Below are positions 63,977-64,000 of a stretch of 64,000 nt of DNA, piece by piece. The stretch is from Antedon mediterranea. Its lineage: Eukaryota > Animalia > Echinodermata. Numbering within the stretch: position 1 is the first letter of the stretch; each line of letters starts with the position of its first letter. The DNA lies in NCBI RefSeq assembly GCF_964355755.1, contig NC_092674.1, positions 24,552,001 to 24,616,000 of the forward strand, read 5' to 3'. A program made the position numbers and the translations under genes. The notes under the pieces were generated by a model that saw only the letters and a program-made list of their open reading frames with translations, was not told the DNA's origin and did no database searches.

Positions 63977-64000
63977 GTAAGCCCAACTATTAAATATTAA

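Overview
AT-rich, intron-containing animal genomic DNA. The neuropeptide content suggests an echinoderm, possibly a crinoid (inference). Reading splice sites by hand gives five protein genes, most missed or mis-joined by the ORF track. (1) An orphan secreted prohormone (+, coding exons 8422-8841 and 9557-9619). (2) A convergent SALMFamide/kisspeptin-family precursor (-, 15426-15283 and 14881-14696) encoding NPTRGLRFHKGAPF-amide. (3) A six-exon secreted 'solo' BRICHOS-like protein (-, 56834-51948). (4) A TMEM86/YhhN lysoplasmalogenase-like gene whose second conserved Asp is replaced by Asn (+, 57922-58581). (5) The 5' part of a C-type lectin (+, from 63601, running off the window). Two candidate promoters for the neuropeptide genes share a 17/19 TATA-proximal motif, similar first-exon length and the same donor context, hinting at an ancient inverted duplication. 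The middle third is a ~20-kb non-coding, (TA)n-flanked insertion with subterminal inverted repeats. It has split a small MITE in two and carries an ~11-kb composite satellite (128-bp and 45-bp monomers) plus duplicated micro-exon-like segments. The rest is MITEs (Harbinger-, Kolobok- and Tigger-like), L2/CR1-group LINE fragments, tRNA-derived heads and minisatellites. Family assignments come from motif recognition by eye; no database search was run.
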